This document shows positions 60,749 through 64,000 of a DNA stretch of 64,000 bases, one piece after another; positions within the stretch are counted from its first letter, which is position 1; each line of letters opens with the position of its first letter. A model generated the notes under the pieces. It was not told where the DNA came from, searched no databases, and worked only from the letters and a program-made list of their open reading frames with translations. Both the position numbers and the translations under genes were made by a program. This DNA is from an uncultured Chloroflexota bacterium (GTDB taxonomy: Bacteria; Chloroflexota; Anaerolineae; Promineifilales; Promineifilaceae), in contig CAADGU010000415.1 of assembly GCA_900696625.1 (NCBI GenBank), forward strand, positions 3,875 to 67,874, given 5' to 3'.

Positions 60749-62305
60749 ATGGACAGATTTCAAGATTTCCTCGTGGACACACTGGGTAACAGCCTGCTTA
60801 ACTTGTTAGCAGCGTTAGTTATCCTCGTTGTTGGTTATGTGGTGGCGCGGCTGGTGGCAGGGCTGCTGCGCCGCCTGTTGCAGCGCGTTCGGCTCAATGA
60901 ACGGGTTGCCACCCGGTTCAGCAAAGACTTTGGCCTGCCCGAAGTCAATTTAGAAAGCCTGATTGCCACCATTGTCTTTTGGTTACTGCTCATCTTTGTG
61001 TTCGTGGCTGTGGTGGAACGGCTGAACCTGGTCATTGTAGCCCAGGCCATTGGGCCACTGCTGACCAGTATTACCAGTGATTTCCTGCCGGGTCTCGTTT
61101 CGGCGCTGCTGCTGCTCCTGTTAGCCTGGGTACTGGCAGTCATTTTCAAGGCGATTGTGATCAAAGTCTGCGCCGTGGCCAAACTGGATGAGCGCATGAC
61201 CAAACATGGGGCGCTGCGCGAAGGGGAACAGGTCTCCATTAGCGAATCGCTGGGCGTGACCGTCTTCTGGCTCATCATCCTGCTGTTTATCCCGGCGATA
61301 TTGGATTCGTTGGGGATCACGGCCGTGTCGCAACCCTTTCAGCAGGCCACCGCTGCCTTCTTCACCTATTTGCCTAACATCGTCTCCGCCATCGTCATCT
61401 TTGTGGTGGGCTGGCTGCTGGCGCGGGTGCTGCGCCAGCTTGTCACCAGCCTGCTGGCGGCCATCCGCGTGGTAGACAGCCTGGGTGAACGGGTAGGGCT
61501 GCGCGGCGAACAATCACTTTCCCGGCTGCTGGGCACCATCACCTACGCCATCGTCATGCTCATCATCCTCATTGCCGCTCTGGATGCACTCAACATTGCC
61601 GCTATTTCGGTACCAGCTATCTCCATGCTCACCATCATCCTGACGGCCATCCCCTCCTTCATCGGCGCCGTGCTGGTGTTGGTTATTGCCTACTTCATTG
61701 CCCGGCTGGTGATGGGCCTGGTGGTGGATGTACTCAGCGGGATCGGGTTTGACAGATGGCCGGCCTCCCTGGGCATCAACTACACCGGTACACGCACTCC
61801 CTCCCAACTGGTAGGCTACCTGCTGTTGGTGGGCATCATGCTCTTGGCCGCCGTAGCTGCCGCCGATTTACTCAATTCAGCGGCGCTATCGCTCATTTTG
61901 ACCACCATGGTAGATTTCTTCTTCCGGGTGGTGCTGGCGCTGGTGATCATTGCCTTTGGCCTCTATTTTGCCAATCTGGCGCAAAGTGTAGTCGCTGGTG
62001 CAGGTGGGGCCAACGGCCGTGTCTGGGGCATAGCCGCCCGCATTGCCATCCTCATTCTGGCCATCGCCATGGCGTTGCGCCAGCTGGGGCTGGCCGACGA
62101 TATTGTCAATCTGGCCTTTGGCCTGATTCTAGGGGCCATTGCCCTGGCTGCCGCCCTGGCCTTTGGCCTGGGTGGGCGTGAAGTCGCCGGGCGGGAACTC
62201 AACCGTATGGTTGGCCGGATGCGGTCGGAGGAAGTGCAAACAATCCTCACCCCACCCTCTCCCTGGCAGGAAGAAGGCATGGATCCCTCCTCCCTTGAAA
62301 GGTGA
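60749..62305 (+). CDS. polytopic membrane protein with conserved-TM-helix repeats (mechanosensitive-channel-related family)
   Basis: 518 aa. Repeated 'N(L/I)..A(L/I)VI(L/F)VVG(Y/W)..AR(L/V)' units. SD aaaggaga. Confidence 0.6.
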   Translation: MDRFQDFLVDTLGNSLLNLLAALVILVVGYVVARLVAGLLRRLLQRVRLNERVATRFSKDFGLPEVNLESLIATIVFWLLLIFVFVAVVERLNLVIVAQAIGPLLTSITSDFLPGLVSALLLLLLAWVLAVIFKAIVIKVCAVAKLDERMTKHGALREGEQVSISESLGVTVFWLIILLFIPAILDSLGITAVSQPFQQATAAFFTYLPNIVSAIVIFVVGWLLARVLRQLVTSLLAAIRVVDSLGERVGLRGEQSLSRLLGTITYAIVMLIILIAALDALNIAAISVPAISMLTIILTAIPSFIGAVLVLVIAYFIARLVMGLVVDVLSGIGFDRWPASLGINYTGTRTPSQLVGYLLLVGIMLLAAVAAADLLNSAALSLILTTMVDFFFRVVLALVIIAFGLYFANLAQSVVAGAGGANGRVWGIAARIAILILAIAMALRQLGLADDIVNLAFGLILGAIALAAALAFGLGGREVAGRELNRMVGRMRSEEVQTILTPPSPWQEEGMDPSSLER

Positions 62306-62324
62306 GAGGCAGGGTTGGCGTTCA

Positions 62325-63830
62325 TTACTCTCCCGCCAACCACCGGCTGAAAAAGGCAGCCAGCGATTTGCTGGCTGCCGCTTCCATTACCGCGATGAAT
62401 TCTTCATCGCTGGCTGTGCCGTGGGCGTATTGCTGGAAATAGGTTTTCAGACCGGCAAAAAAGGCGTCATCGCCCATTTCCTGGCGTAGTTCATGCACCA
62501 TGAGTGCGCCGCCAATGTAGGTGTAGGCGCTGAATAGTTCGGCGGGTGGTGGGTTGCGTAATGGTTTACCCAATTCGTCGTTGTCTTCCAAAAAGGCGCG
62601 GATGCCTTCCATTTGCAGTTCCAGCCCTTCGGGGTCGTCACGGTTTTCCCACATAAAGGAGATGTAGGTGGCAAAGCCTTCGTTGCGCCACATTTCGCCC
62701 CAGGAATCCAGGCTGACCCAATCGCCAAACCACATATGCGCCAGTTCGTGGACGGCAACGTTCTCATCAAACATGCCCGTAGACAACAGCACCATCGTCT
62801 GCGTCTCTAGCGAGACGCCCGGCGCGTGAACGGAGACGAAGCCAAATTCCTCATATGGGTAGACGCCAAACAGGTCGCTCATCCAGTCAATGGCTTCGCC
62901 GGTAGCCGTCGTAGCCCGCTCAAATGGGGGTTGGCTCATGGGGAAGACATAATCACGCAGGGGGACGCCGGCCGGGGATTGAGAATCCAGCCGCACATAT
63001 TCGCCAACGGCAATGGTCGCCAGGTAGGAAGCCATGGGATAGTTGTGTTCCCAGATGAAGGTGTTGTTTTCTTGGGCAATGAGACGGCCGTTGGCCACGG
63101 CCGTTAACCCCTCTGGCACGGTAATCTCAAAACGGTACGTTGCCTTGTCACGCGGGTGGTCATTGTTGGGGAACCAGTAACGCGCCCCATCTGGCTCCGA
63201 CAGCACGTAAATGGTGTTTTCCCGCGCATAAAACAACCCCAGCCAACTGGCAAAACCAACATAGGGCGAACGCGCCTGCTCGGCTTTACCCTGGTAGCGG
63301 ATGGTCAACTGAAACTGTTCTTCGGAAGCCAACGGTTCGGGCAGCGTGATGACCAATTTGCCCTCTTCGCGGCGAAAATTAGCAGGCTGCCCATTCACCA
63401 GCAGTTCGTCAATCTCAAAGCCGATAAAGTCCAGCGACATCTCCCCCAGATTGTCCAGCGCCGCCACCGCCTCAATGGTGGCGACGCCAGCGAGTTCATA
63501 CGGTTGGGCTGGGTCCAGATTGACCTGAATGGTGTAGTGCAGTACATCATAACCCGTGTTGCCCAGTTCCGGCGCATACGGGTCGCCGATGGTGCGCTCC
63601 CCGGCGACCATATCGGTGGTCACGGCCGTGCCCGGGGACACGCCGGCGCTGAGAGCAGACGAAGTGGCCGTGTGAGTGGGTGCAGCCGTGACTGTCGGCG
63701 TCGCCAGCGTTGCCGGATCAGCTTCTACAATCGTCCTATCCACCAGGCCACAGCCCAGCACCAGTGATAGACCCAGCGCCAACCCTACCAGTTTAATGTT
63801 TGCCATAAGAGCCTCTCTTTTTGCTTGCAT
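62325..63830 (-). CDS. M1-family zinc aminopeptidase (lipoprotein signal)
   Basis: 'HELAHMWFGDWVS..WRNEGFATY' is HExxH-18-E. GAMEN-like region. N-terminal 'LGLSLVLGCG' lipobox. Confidence 0.9.
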   Translation of the reverse strand: MQAKREALMANIKLVGLALGLSLVLGCGLVDRTIVEADPATLATPTVTAAPTHTATSSALSAGVSPGTAVTTDMVAGERTIGDPYAPELGNTGYDVLHYTIQVNLDPAQPYELAGVATIEAVAALDNLGEMSLDFIGFEIDELLVNGQPANFRREEGKLVITLPEPLASEEQFQLTIRYQGKAEQARSPYVGFASWLGLFYARENTIYVLSEPDGARYWFPNNDHPRDKATYRFEITVPEGLTAVANGRLIAQENNTFIWEHNYPMASYLATIAVGEYVRLDSQSPAGVPLRDYVFPMSQPPFERATTATGEAIDWMSDLFGVYPYEEFGFVSVHAPGVSLETQTMVLLSTGMFDENVAVHELAHMWFGDWVSLDSWGEMWRNEGFATYISFMWENRDDPEGLELQMEGIRAFLEDNDELGKPLRNPPPAELFSAYTYIGGALMVHELRQEMGDDAFFAGLKTYFQQYAHGTASDEEFIAVMEAAASKSLAAFFSRWLAGE

Positions 63831-63905
63831 TTTTATTCTCCTCTCGCCATACTCACCCCAGTTTGAACCGTTTTACGCTATTAGACAAATAAAAGATGAG
63901 AGTGG

Positions 63906-63950
63906 GTGAGGCCAATCTCTTAATCTCCTAATCTCTCAATCTCAAATTTC
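63906..63950. repeat. heptamer array (AATCTCY)n
   Basis: ggccaatctcttaatctcctaatctctcaatctcaaat, upstream of the M1 peptidase gene. Confidence 0.7.
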
Positions 63951-64000
63951 CTCGGAGAACAACCCTTGACCGACAATCCCAAACTCCGCCCGCTCGACTA

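Overview
GC-rich bacterial chromosome segment whose genes use Shine-Dalgarno sites and are often translationally coupled. It has three parts. (1) 1-14.7 kb, host genes: a partial MscS-type channel, a fused aconitase-X, a CPA2 cation/proton antiporter with a PII-like protein, an alpha/beta hydrolase, uvrC, vapBC, pcm, a polyprenol/DAG-kinase-like membrane protein, a PfkB kinase, and a coupled 3-gene operon (two SPFH paralogues plus a TPR/beta-barrel protein). This part ends at tRNA-Val(GAC). (2) 14.7-57.8 kb: a siphovirus-like prophage of about 43 kb inserted into tRNA-Val, bounded by a perfect 42-bp direct repeat (14725-14766 / 57718-57759). It carries xis, two tyrosine recombinases, a CI/Cro-type switch, terS/terL, a DNA methyltransferase moron, portal-scaffold-capsid genes, head-tail genes, a G/GT frameshift chaperone, a tape measure, a 1491-aa fibre, a repeat-containing fibre-like protein, lysis-region genes, and a leftward operon of about 10 kb with around 20 unknown genes. 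(3) 57.8-64 kb, host genes: an S9 peptidase, an FHA protein, a TM-helix-repeat channel-like protein and an M1 aminopeptidase. The main non-genic signals are: extreme over-representation of the palindrome ACGGCCGT; a family of heptamer-array repeats at gene ends, with one copy in-frame inside aconitase-X; an AT/GATC-rich block plus six palindromic iterons next to the inner recombinase; three copies of a box + hairpin + U-tract element in the late operon; and a candidate plus-strand sRNA inside the leftward operon. No rRNA, CRISPR, transposase or reverse transcriptase was seen. All functional calls rest on motif recognition by eye, with no database search.
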